A stretch of 53,316 nt of DNA, filler included, from Dimargaris cristalligena (Eukaryota), in the NCBI GenBank assembly GCA_003614675.1. It is 3 parts of 3 records of this genome, joined end to end, with 100 filler letters (N's around TTAATTAATTAA, not from the genome) between each part and the next. Parts side by side here need not be neighbours in the genome. Positions count along the whole stretch, not along the records: positions 35,662 to 53,316 come from ML002792.1; 2 more parts are not named here. One strand, given 5' to 3'. Under the pieces are notes generated by a model, which worked only from the letters and a program-made list of their open reading frames with translations, searched no databases and was not told where the DNA came from. Numbering within the stretch: position 1 is the stretch's first letter; the number at the start of each line of letters is the position of its first letter. Shown in pieces: positions 35,932-47,455 of this stretch. Position numbers and translations under genes: made by a program.

Positions 35932-36948
35932 TTTGTTTACGCGAGGGGAATATTAAAGCGGGTTAGGGTAAAGTGAGGGAGTAAATGAAGGAATGGCCAG
36001 CGACTAAGTCCAAGGCTTTTAGAGGGTAAAGCGGACGTTCGAGGAATCAAGGTGTAGCGGGTCGAGATTGCCAACTGGTAAATTCAAGATAGAAAAAAAG
36101 CAGAATGTGAAATTAAGAGGCTCGTCAAACTGTGGCGCTTCAATAATATGCTTGGTTTTCACTGGTGGCATTCCGCACCGAAATTTGGTTATAAAAAAAA
36201 TAATGTCAGTTAGTATTGAGACTGGAGAAAATATTGTGGATTCCTCCTAGTAGTCCCACCCGCCGCCTCAGCCCTAAATTGGTGGAATTTGAGGGTTTAA
36301 CCTCAAATTTCCCGCCAGATAACTACAATAATACAAGTGTCTCCATTGGATACCATGTCTAGAATGTATATAAGTCCCGCACCCTATACTCCCCGTAGCC
36401 TGCCAAAAGATCTAAATACTGCCATCAATTTAGGAGACGAAGCCTTCGATTAAAGATTAGATGGCTGGGGGTACATATTATATTTGATGGAACCAGTAGC
36501 CCGTGTAATAGCGATAGAGGCTGGCTTTTATCCCGGATTCTATCGTTTTGTAATAATACGGCTTACTTAATTACTAGCTACTTCATCACTACGATCCTTT
36601 TACACCTACTATATAGTACGCCCATTATGCACCAGTTTAGTATCGTATCAGAGGCCCCTATCTAGGCAAGGGTAATATATTTCCACTCATAGAGTAATAA
36701 ATCCGTCATGAGGCAATTTTATTGGTCAGCTGTACATTCTCTGTCCCGCCAAGTTGGCCTTTTCATTAGGCTAAGCCGCTAGGCCTGTTAATGAGTGTCT
36801 CTCATGCCTCCATTGAACCGATTCATTGCCATAAACAATAGCCCTAACCGGCTATAGACTCATGCTATACCCTATTTACGTCATTCCTATTCCTTTTTAT
36901 CAGCTCCCACCCGTTCTTACGTACCATTTTAGCGACCTCCAGAGAGCC

Positions 36949-38980
36949 ATGTCGGACCGAAAGAATGTGAACAAGTACTACCCGCCGGATTGGGACCCCT
37001 CTAAGGTGAGTAGGCGTCTGTTAGTTAGCTGTTCCTGCCAGTTGCCCCCTCAAGAATAGCCCCAACTTTGCCTTTAACCGGGAACCTGGATAGACCTTTA
37101 TGCCTGGCTGTCCAGCTGAGATAATCATGCCTCACGTTCACCGTGCGACCTGGGCTACCCCCATAGTACTAAACATGTTCTTCCTTGGAAACCTTCTATA
37201 TCATCTACGTTGTCCTGACCATTCCCCAACTACAGGGCTCAATCAACACCTACGTAGGCCAGCACCCCCTTCGTAGTCGGGCACGGAAGCTAGACCAGGG
37301 GGTCCTGGTGGTCCGGTTTGCGATGCCCTTTAACATTTGGTGCGGGGGTTGCCAAAAACATATAGCCAAAGGTAAGTTGTAACAGATATTGAACGACATA
37401 GTATTTAGGAAGCACCCCGTGGCTAACCGTCCTTTTAATAGCCAGGTATCTCTAACTCTATAAACGACTTTCATTGCGATATATGGCGCCCCCCTACTGC
37501 ATTTCTATAACTAGGTGTTCGCTTCAATGCCGATAAAAAGAAGATTGATCATTACTTAGGCATTCCGATATTCAGCTTCCGTATGAAATGTCCCCTTTGT
37601 CCGAACTACATTGAAATCCACACGGACCCCAAGGTATGTTCTATCCCAGCATTGGCATTGCCGTAAGGAATAGAATGGGGACCATCTTCATACAGTTGCC
37701 TAACTGTTACCGTAATATTCACGTTAATAGTCTACGCTATTCCACTAATTACGTACTGGGCTGTGTATAATGCACCTAACTATAGAACGAAGATTACATA
37801 GTGGCCGAAGGTGGCCGCCGTAAAATTGAGACTTGGGACCCTAAAGAGACCGAAATTGTCGATTTTATTTGTAAGTACCGCCCCCCACCTTCGGCAACCT
37901 TGCTCTTGGCATGGTTTCTTGGCTTACTTTAATTGATCTGTAGTATCCCCCACCTTTTACTCATCCCCCCTACAGATTGCGGCCGGTCGTGCTATTAACA
38001 CGATAGTATATATGGGTGAAATTCAAACCAGCTGTATAATGTTATTCATAATACGTGTATGGGTGAATATATGTGAGAATAGATTTTAACCAGTAATATT
38101 GGCCGCATCCAGTGGATTTTTCATTATACAGCCTGAATGAACTTCTCCCATATTTATCTGCTCCGATATTAATGAAATACCCTGACATATATATACTTCC
38201 CCATATACCACACTGCAAATAGCTGCCGATGACAAGGTCAAATTCAATACCGACCCATTCTTTAAACTAGAGGTCCAACAAAAGGATAAGCGGAAGGGCA
38301 AGGAAGCCGAGGCCGAAATCGCGGAACTGCAACGGATAAGTGATAAACACTATAAGAACCCCTATGATGTGGTTCGCGCCGTGCGTAAGAAATTTAGAGT
38401 AAGTCATATGGAATAATGCCTCCATGCTTAGGTATTTCAGCCTATGTTATGACATCAGTATGCCTCCTCTTAATCTCTTTTCAACCCCGAAAACCTTTCA
38501 ATGCAACTGTCCTCAATGGCCCGTCAGAGCCCTACGAAGTCACCCGTATGTTGATGGCTAACTCAATATTCACTTTATTCCGCTTTATATATTACTTGCC
38601 CAACCTTGTAATGGTACGATCCATTATAGGCGGAAAAAGCCGTGCGGACAGAGGAGCAGAGCCGAACAATCCAGTTGGCCGATAAGCATTCCTTATCACT
38701 GGCCCTGCTACCCAATAACCCCGTCGACCAGGTCCAAGCCAAGGCCATCACGTATGGCACCCGAACGTCGTTGCGCCAGACGCTCGATAAGCGCTATTCG
38801 ACACCCTTATTCAAGAAGTCGTCGACATCTTCCTCTAACAAAGGCCGAACGAGCCCGGCTGTGAAATTACTAAGAGCCGCGGTATTGGGAACACCATCGC
38901 CAACGAACTGTATCTCCACCCGATCATTTAGCCAGAAGGACTATTTGGATGTCCGGGTTAAAAAATCGGATTCTAGTTAG
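36949..38980 (+). CDS. YJU2B: YJU2B/CCDC130 (Saf4/Yju2 family splicing factor), 6 exons: 36949-37005, 37236-37371, 37515-37633, 37786-37870, 38223-38398, 38630-38980 (307 aa)
   Basis: NKYYPPDWDP, HPLRSRARKLDQGVLVVRFAMPFNIWCGGC, GVRFNADKKK, FRMKCPLC and TDPKN motifs. All introns are GT-AG and the phases are consistent. Confidence 0.92.
38010..38153 (-). mobile_element. MITE family A copy inside intron 4 of YJU2B
   Basis: atatgggtgaaattcaaaccagctgtataa ... ttatacagcctgaatgaacttctcccatat; close to the copy at 3116. Confidence 0.88.
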
Positions 38981-39398
38981 ACTGGCCCCGCTTTTCACCA
39001 TGCCCCTATACCTCGTTCTAATTACACTACTCTGGGACCTATCCCTTTAATAGTTGTACCTACTGTGTAATATAATTTTTATCCGACCAACATTAGATTG
39101 GCCGCTATCTTATTTTCACTGTCCTCGCAAGGACGCCAATTCAATACATCATAGTATTAAATATAGGTATGCTTAGCTCAGCTCACAAACCATACTCTTG
39201 CTCCATGAGGCGGGGTATTTAAAGCAATTTCCCGGACATTGTCGTTTGGTCCAAACCAGGCTTATATTATTATTGTATGTTGAACAGGAAATGTAATAGT
39301 GTTCAAAAATAAAAAAAGGTAGTGCGTAAATAATCATTTTAGAATAGAAACCCAGAGAGGCGGACCATACACGTCTAAGATAGCGGGGGGGAAGTTAA

Positions 39399-41629
39399 TT
39401 ACCCGAAAATCTTCAGGCCATCGGTACTTGTAATCGCCTCCTCCGTTTCCGGACTGTCCTCCTCCTCGTTGTCGTCGTCGTCGCTGCGCTGGTTGCTGTT
39501 GCTAGCCTGGCCCTGCTCTAACCGGTCCATTTCAGCCTGGGCCAAATCGACATCGGAATCCGCCTGGGCGGGCTGTTCCTCCTGGATCGCCGCGATCTTC
39601 TGACCTAATAAAGTAGCATAAAGCTCATCGACCATATCCGCGTGCCAACCCGAAGTACCCATGGGGGCCATGAAGTTTTGCAATTTTTCGTGAACGTGGT
39701 AACGCAGGCGACGGCCCTTACTGGCCTTGTTATCCACGGTACGGGACCGCCGTTCCCGTTCTTGGGTGGCTTGCTGTTGTTTGAGGGCCACCCACCGTTT
39801 ACCGAGGGCCACCGGATCGTCGGTGGTGGCCATCCGACTCTCAATCAGTTCCCGGAGTAGGGTTTGGTAGAAATCATGGTCGTCGAAGATTTCGGGGTGG
39901 TAGTCCTTGCCGTCGTCGCCCACGGATGTGGTACTAGTAGTGGTAGTGGTGGTGGTGATTGACGGGGAAGCATCGGGCAGAAGGGGGGGATAGTCGGTCC
40001 GCTTCAGTTGGGTACGGCGCAGGAGACGATCCCGATCCTGGAGGGTTTCCTGGGCCTGGTGGACGGCACTCTGGTTGAAGGCCCGCAGTTTCTTGTTCAG
40101 GGCAATACCGGAGGCGGCTTGGACCTTGGCACTCCACTTATCCAGGACGTCGTTCCGGTAGGGTACGAAGCGCTGGTGAAGTTGGTCCAGGGCCGCCCAG
40201 TCCATGGGGCCATCGGCGGAGCGGGCCAGTTTAGTCGGGGGGGAGTCAGTATCATTCTCGTTCTCATTGTCCGAGGATGCCGAGTCGCTGGAGGACCGGG
40301 GTCGCTTGAGGTGGCTCAGTTGATCGGTGGACACCCCGGCGTCCTGGTTCCGCTCCCACAGCCGGATCCGCAAGTCGACCAAGTCCCGTAGCACCGAGCC
40401 CGTCTTCTGTTTAAGTTCGTTCCATAGGGGATTTTGGTGCAGGGACTCAGTCTCCGCTTCGGCCAGCCGGTCCGGGGTGGGAAGGCAGTTGGCCATGACC
40501 AGGGCCTTTTGGAGTCGGATCCGGGAATCCAGGAACCCGTTCCAGCGTTTGATTTGCCGCATAACGGCCCGGCCTTTGGTCATTTCCCCAAGGGAACCTT
40601 GGGCGAGTTGCTGCAGCATGGCCTTTTCCTGTTCCTCAATCTCGGCCAGTTGCTTCTGGAGTTTGGTGCGGGTAGCGGTTGGCTGGGCCTCTTCGGCGTC
40701 ACCCATTGCGCTCGACGACTCCAATTCGTCACCGGATTCGCCCTCGTCGCTGGATTCTTCCTCGCTTCCCATGCTCTCTTCCAGATCACTGTCGTCTGTG
40801 GCTTGGTCGGCTGATGCGCCTTCCTCTGAGTCAGACCAGTTCACTTCCGCATCGGGGGAGGCCCCCATGGCCATTACTTCGTCGGAACTATCTTGGAAAC
40901 CTTCGGACCCGGCATCACTTTGGGTGTCATCATTGCCATTGCTGTCGCTAGTGTCGTTTCCGCCAACCTCGATATCAAGTTCACTTTCAACTTCACTGAC
41001 ACTCTCCAATTCACTATCGGACTGGTTAAGTTGATAGAGCGACTTCCGGCTAACCCGTTGGCCAACATATTTAGGGTCGGAAAGGGTAACGTTCTCGTCT
41101 TTCCGAAGTTTACTTTTGCTATGACCATCGCGAACAGGTAGGGGCGGGAATAGATAATATCAGGGGTATAATATGGAATTAGACTGGGTAGAGATATCAA
41201 ATTAGGAGGATGAATAGGGTTGCTGGCAGGGGACCCGACGGGTTCCGGGTATGGTTCAGTAGAAGTTGAATATTAACATTTCATGGAGGGGGGACTTACC
41301 CGACTTTCACGTAGTGGTCGCGTTTGGCGTCAACACCGGTATCCTCGTCCGAGGCGGAGCCGATATCAGTGGCATCCGAATCAGGCTTATCCAGGCGTTC
41401 GAAATCCTCGGGATCAAAATCTGGAATGACAAAATTGATAATAACAGGGAGGTGTTAGCTCATTGAAATTGGTTTTCTATAATTGCCGTACGGGGTAGGA
41501 AGAGAAGTGGGGCCCGTATACATAAGCCGATATCGGGATAGGCTCTGATGGGTATTAATGGCGGACATGTATACCTTCAGGGGTGGGGTCCAAAAAATTG
41601 GCCAGTTGCTTCTTCAGGGATTTGGACAT
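39399..41629 (-). CDS. BFR2: BFR2/AATF (SSU processome factor), 3 exons: 41629-41575, 41420-41300, 41118-39399 (631 aa)
   Basis: MSKSLKKQLA...DFDPED, HYVKVGKSKLR, PKYVGQRVSR, RIRLQKAL, IFDDHDFYQTLLRELIE and KASKGRRLRYHVHEKLQNFMAP (TRAUB domain). Confidence 0.95.
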
Positions 41630-41992
41630 GGTGGCGCCCGGTATGTACTAAATTAGGTTTTCGACAACCTAATCACGGGCGGGAGTGTAGAAATGGCCTA
41701 GACACGCTAGCTGAGGGCTATGCTATTGTGGGTATCAAACAATGCAAATGGCGTAATGAGTAAAAGGAAAGTTGGCCCGACAATGAGCAAATCGCGCTTA
41801 GGACCAATTTCGAGAAGGTCTATAGGTAGGCAGGGTAGGAGAGTTGCAGTCCTGCCGAATGTCATGGAGGCCAGAAAACTTTGAATTAAAGGAATCGTCC
41901 TCGTTTTTTTCCAGCTAGACTCTACTAAATCTGCCAATTAATTTAAGTGTGTGTTATAAAACCTAAGGTATACGAGTCGAAAAATAGGCCAA

Positions 41993-42009
41993 GGGGCGGG
42001 ATCACGTGA
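41993..42009. promoter_or_regulatory. GGGGCGGGA plus E-box TCACGTGA in the BFR2-NOP10 divergent promoter
   Basis: Adjacent GC-box/E2F-like and palindromic bHLH motifs. A second GGGCGGGA lies at ~41677. Confidence 0.35.
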
Positions 42010-42269
42010 GTGCTTCGATTATTTCCTTCCTCTGATTATCATCGGATGAAGACTGGAAAAAAAATACCAGTAGCGAAAATTTACGTACTGGTTTTAGCCA
42101 GGGAAGAAGAGTCCAGTTTACTTCGTTACCGCTAAGACCAAGACAACGCGACCTGCTGATTCCGCTGCATTGCACTGCCCACCTTTCCTTGTTCCTACCA
42201 TTTGGAAAATCTGCTGCTTTCCTTCCATAGCCCCGTCCCCATACCCGCAACCCCACCGTCTACTTCACC

Positions 42270-42464
42270 ATGCATCTTATGTTCTATACCAACGAAGGTG
42301 GCGACCGCGTCTACACCCTGAAGAAGGTGGCTCCCAACGGCGAACCCACCAAGTCGGCCCACCCCGCCCGGTTCTCCCCCGACGACAAATACTCCCGCCA
42401 GCGCGTGACCCTGAAGAAGCGTCTGGGCATTCTCCTGACCCAGCTGCCCCAGCGCCCACTCTAA
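42270..42464 (+). CDS. NOP10: H/ACA snoRNP protein NOP10 (64 aa)
   Basis: MHLM...RVYTLKK...[25 protein letters not shown]. Confidence 0.97.
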   Translation: MHLMFYTNEGGDRVYTLKKVAPNGEPTKSAHPARFSPDDKYSRQRVTLKKRLGILLTQLPQRPL

Positions 42465-42803
42465 ATACATCCAAATATCTCGGGATTTCATTTCCCAACG
42501 AAGGACGACTACCGCCGACCCCGGGGGGGGGGGTATTTCTGGGTAACAACCCACACACCCTTCCCACTGTTCCCGGCTAATATATTTCTTTTGTAGATTT
42601 ACTCAGCAACAATAAAACCACCTTTCTCCAAAAACAACAACAACTAATGATGGTGAAGATTTAGCTTGGAAATTCGTGGATAATTTGGGTGTTCCAAAAG
42701 CCTTTTAAGCGTACAGTATAGATAAATTGACGCTGGTTGCTGGCTTACCAATTACCCCGGCTTACTATTATGGATCAACAGTCCTTTTCACTTTTCCATG
42801 CCT

Positions 42804-42847
42804 ATATCATTTAAATCTTATACAGCTGGGTCGCATTTCACCCATAT
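42804..42847 (+). mobile_element. MITE family A, 3' fragment
   Basis: atatcatttaaatcttatacagctgggtcgcatttcacccatat matches the 3' TIR region. Confidence 0.6.
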
Positions 42848-43903
42848 ATTTAACAAGTCATGTCTACTGGATACCATTCCAATGATGCCATGATTTCACC
42901 TATACACAGCCATGCCCCGATTGCTGAAACGGATTCGGATAGTCAGGGTGGCCGTTTGGTCCATGGAGAGGAGTCCCCGCACTAAGGAAGGAGGAGGAGG
43001 AGATTGCCTGCCTCCTCTTGGGGATCACTTGGAGCTTGGAATGGAAACGCCATAGTGCCAGGAAATAATACCATTCACTTGCTTTCTTTCTCCGGCCCCG
43101 TTGTCCGCGGGTAGTCCAGTGGATATCACACTGTATATGTCCCCTGGCCGACACTCACTAGAATGGGTTCCATCGTTGACTGATTCACTCGCAGTTGCTT
43201 CTTTCTAGTAAATAGTGCATTTCCATCACTCCGTGCTATTCGTCCTATATTGCCTTTTTTTCTATTATAATCACTCACATTAGTCATGGTGGGTGGGGCC
43301 CATTACGGTATTGTTTTGGTGCACGAATGTGACGCGGCTTTGCAAGGTTAGGAATGTAATGCTTTATATTATACTAACCCTTGGTCACTGGGCCTCCCCT
43401 GTAATCATATCTGCATATGTGCGCGACTATTATTATACATACCGAACTAAACTAGTTTAATAAACGCGAAGGTACTCGCCATCAAGGAAGAGGTATTCCG
43501 AAGCGGCCGAGAGTTGGCCAAGTCCTGGGCCTTCCCCCTCCTTCCTTCGCTTTCATCAATCCACTCTGCAGTGGAATTTTCTATGTTCTTTTCTTGGCCC
43601 CTGTCAGTTGGCCAGTGACCGTATTTAAATCCTGCACCGCGCTCCAATTGGCCCCTCCCCCATCAGTTCTATACCCTACCGTTATCTTTTATTTCATCCG
43701 ATTGACTGCTGACGTACTTTTCACCTTCGTATATCCTCGATTGTCAAGTCGAGTCCAAGTCCGTGTTCGCTGGAGTACCAGACGCCGTGAGCCTACCTAT
43801 AACTGCCTTCCTCACCAACTCTTGCCCAGTGCGTTTTATCAATTATCCTGTAGTATTTTTACAATTCACCATCACTTCGTACTAGTATCCCCAGTTAACC
43901 ACC

Positions 43904-46388
43904 ATGACTGTCGCAAGTTTAGTCGACGTAGAGAATCAGTGCCCCGTACCGGTTTGTTCCCCGGCGGCACGCCGTGACGAGGACTGTGTCGAGACTCATC
44001 ACGGGGAAATGGTTGCGGATCCATACCGCTGGCTGGAGGATCCCCGTTCCTCCGAAACCGCCGAATTCATCGATGCCCAGGCGAGGTTCGCCCAGGAGTA
44101 TCTGGACCAGCAGCAAGAGCGCCCACGCTTTAAGGATCTGTAAGTTATACTTAGTGACGTCAAGGTCATCCTGGCAAATCAACCGATACAGTGACCACAC
44201 TTCCAGCCCAAAGAACACAGCGAAATTTACGCTTTCGTATTGATTTCTAATCGTTAAACAGCATTATTATAATCCACCCTCTTGTCCCCCTAACAGACTC
44301 ACGTCCCTAGAAGATTACGAGTATCGATCTGCCCCCAGCCGTCACGGTGACTATTATTATTTTTCCGGCAACTCGGGACTTCAGGCCAAGTCCATTGTCT
44401 ATCAACAATCCTCGTTCGATACCGAGCCCGTGGTTTTTATCGACCCCAACACCTTTTCCGAATCTGGCAATGTCTCACTCGCGGGCTACCCCTTCAGCCC
44501 CGATGGCACGGTGGCGGCGGTCGTTTTAACCGAAAACGGTAGCGATTGGCGCAGTGTTCGACTCATGCGGGCCGACCGACCCGGTGAGTTGGGGCCAGTT
44601 GAGATAACCGGGCTGAAATTCAACTCTCCCTATTGGACCCGTGATAATCAAGGTTTTTTTTATACCCGTTACATGGACCCCGCCAAGGCCAACCTTGATG
44701 GCCAGACGACGGAGTCTTCCACGCATGGTACCATTTACTACCACCGTGTTGGCACCCCGCAAACTCAGGACCAGCTGATCTACGCGGAACCTGATCAGCC
44801 GAACCTTTTACATAGTGTGGTGCTCTCGGACGATGATGACCAGCGGTTCCTGCTATTGTATAGCTGCCAAGGGGCCAGCAACAGCCACCGGGTCATGGTA
44901 TGGGACCGGAGTACCGAGAATGGAACGATTCAATCACCCGTTTTTCGACCTATCATATCTGATTTTAAGTGCGCTTACAAATTCATCTCCGCCCATGGCC
45001 CGTGCTTATACTTCATCACCCAGCTAGACGCCCCTCGTTGGCGGATTGTCAAGTATGACGTGGACCAGCCCGCGGATGGATTTCAAAACGTCATACCTCA
45101 GCATCCGACCGATATCCTCAAAGCGGCCGCTATTGCGTACCACCAGTATTTGGTGGTATTATACCAACGCCATGCCGTGGGTCAACTGTCTTTACACGAC
45201 CGGGAGACGGGCAAGTGTTTAGGTACCATTCGGGTCCCGTCCAGTAGCATTTCCGGTATACTCTGTAAGCGCCGATTCCCCACCTTTTACTTTGCGGCCG
45301 CCTCGTCTTTACGGCCGGTTCAGCTGTTACAATACACATTCCCCGAAGGTGCCTGGGAGGAGGCGAGCCTCACCTCGCGAAACCCTGCCCTGAGTCTTAA
45401 TTTCCAAAGCCAAGTGTCCCCGAAGCCAGCCCCACTGCCCCTGCCCCCCGCTGCTCCAGCCGAACCCCCTGCACTGACACCAGAGGTCTATTTCACCGGT
45501 CTCTCTAAATGCAATTTCGACCCTTCGAAATATGAGACCCGCCAGGTCTTCTACCCCAGCTACGACGGAACCCTAATTCCGCTGTTCGTTACCTGTCGCC
45601 GGGATCTCGTGCTGGACGGCAGTCACCCCGCCATACTCTATGCCTACGGGGGTTTCGGCTCATCTGTATCCCCCGGTTACAACATATCGCGCCTGGCGTT
45701 TATGCTGGCCTTTGACGGTGTGATTGTCGTCGCTGGTATTCGTGGTGGTGGAGAGTACGGCCAGACGTGGCACGACGCCGGCAAAGGCCACAGCAAACAG
45801 ACCTGTTTCGACGATTTCCAGGCCGCGGCCCAGTGGTTAGTCGCCCAGGGCTACACCTGTCCCCGCCTGCTTGCTATCCGTGGGGCATCCAACGGCGGGC
45901 TCCTAGTGGGGGCCTGCATTAACCAGCGACCCGACCTATTCGGAGCCGCGATCCCTGAGGTAGGGGTGCACGATATGTTGCGATTCCACCGCTTTACCAT
46001 TGGCCACGCCTGGACCTCGGAATACGGCGATCCCAACGATGCCACCGATTTTGCCTACATCCGGCGTTACTCCCCCCTGCATAATATCCAGACCAGTCGC
46101 CCGTACCCCGCCATTCTGCTGTTGACCGCCGACCACGATAATCGAGTGTCACCCCTCCACTCATTTAAATTCGCGGCCGCCCTTCAACACGCCGTAGCCA
46201 AATCTTCCCCGGGAAGCACGCGGGCCCAGCCGATTTTACTGAAGGTGGGCCGCAATAGTGGCCACGGAGGGCCAACTACCATTCAGAAATCCATTGACTA
46301 CGAGGTGGATGTCCTGTGTTTCTTGGCCTTGGTGCTACAGCAATCGGTCCAAAAGACTTCGCCCATGGAAGTCATCCCCGATAACTAA
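43904..46388 (+). CDS. Prolyl oligopeptidase (S9A), 2 exons: 43904-44139, 44297-46388 (775 aa)
   Basis: VADPYRWLEDP, YAYGGF, IRGGGEYG, nucleophile GASNGG, Asp in DHDNRV and His in GHGG. GTAAGT...CTAACAG intron. Confidence 0.95.
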
Positions 46389-47455
46389 TAGGTGCTGGGG
46401 TGAGGGACCGGCGAATGAATACCCGGTTGGCATTTTCCAACCAGCAAGCCCATACATTGCTTGTTCATGGTAGACATATCGATTCTTTTTATTCGCATTC
46501 CCTGGTAGTAATACTTTAGTTATAAATTGTCGTTTATATTTTTGTCGCAGGATACAATACTGGTTGGTGTCGGAATGTCTACGTCTAGGATGTATATAGC
46601 CAAATATCACGCTATATAAGGTGAACATGCATAATAATGGGGGCGGAATGGTGAATATAGAGGTATATAATATATGCATGGGGAAGGGGCGATTCCTTCG
46701 GTGATTTAAGGCCCACCCCCTATTGACGAAACTAAGCGATGATGGCACCTGAAACACTAGAATGGGTCAGCTTTAATCTCCGTAACTATTAAGCACAGCA
46801 GTTTTCATACTGGGAGCCATCAATTATCGTGATCCTGATGCCGTTGTTTGGGATAGTTGGTTCAATAGTTGAAAGCAATGCACCTTTGGGCTACACGCCT
46901 ACGGGTAAAATGCTGGTGAATAGATCGCATTTGCGGAGATGTTATCCTGTAAATAAGCTTGGTGGTGGCCGCTGTAGGGAAGTGTTCCGCGAGTCATAAT
47001 TAAATGTGGTGGGCTAAAATGAAGTCGGATTCTATTGCAGCTTCTGGTAAGGCCCATTTGACTTCAACCCGCAATATATCATTTAGAACATGGTGTTTAA
47101 GGAGGCGATGCGCCACGACATCAGTTGCCACTGGTTTATTAATTTAGCTACAGCTAATAATAGCCGGCATTTTCACACCGAGACGGTTCCAAATCATAGA
47201 AGATACGAGGAATACATCCAAGGGGGGTTTTACTCATTAGCAATGGCAGCCTTCCCAGCCGTATAGAGAGCATTTTGTCCCGCCTAGTTCATTCCCAAAT
47301 GAGAGAGGGATTTTCGAATCGTTTCCAAATGTCCATACCATGGCTGTTTTGCTTTCGTCTTGTGTGCTAGCCACTTTCTATCTCACTCCCTTTACTATTG
47401 ACCTTCTTCGCATATACTTCGAAACACCCATGGGTTTCCTTTCCTCGCGTTAACC

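Noticed and set aside
40008-41141. Long antisense and overlapping ORFs over BFR2 (likewise over UTP10, the GSTs, POP and the INTS8-like gene)
   Set aside because: Shadow ORFs produced by GC-rich codon bias and acidic low-complexity coding on the real strand.
42900-43200. GC-richer coding-like patch between NOP10 and POP (similar patches at ~13640-14110 and ~21000-21800)
   Set aside because: No recognisable domain or consistent gene model; probably decayed repeat or gene relics that cannot be assigned by eye.
28856-46388. Prolyl oligopeptidase plus small peptide as a RiPP (MSDIN/POPB-like) cluster
   Set aside because: The two genes are on different contigs. The peptide is a secretory-pathway KR precursor whereas the POP has no signal peptide, and no Pro-flanked core peptide gene was seen near the POP.
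43156-46767. 13-bp direct repeat CACTAGAATGGGT flanking the POP gene
   Set aside because: Matches of this length are expected by chance in 53 kb, and there are no element termini.
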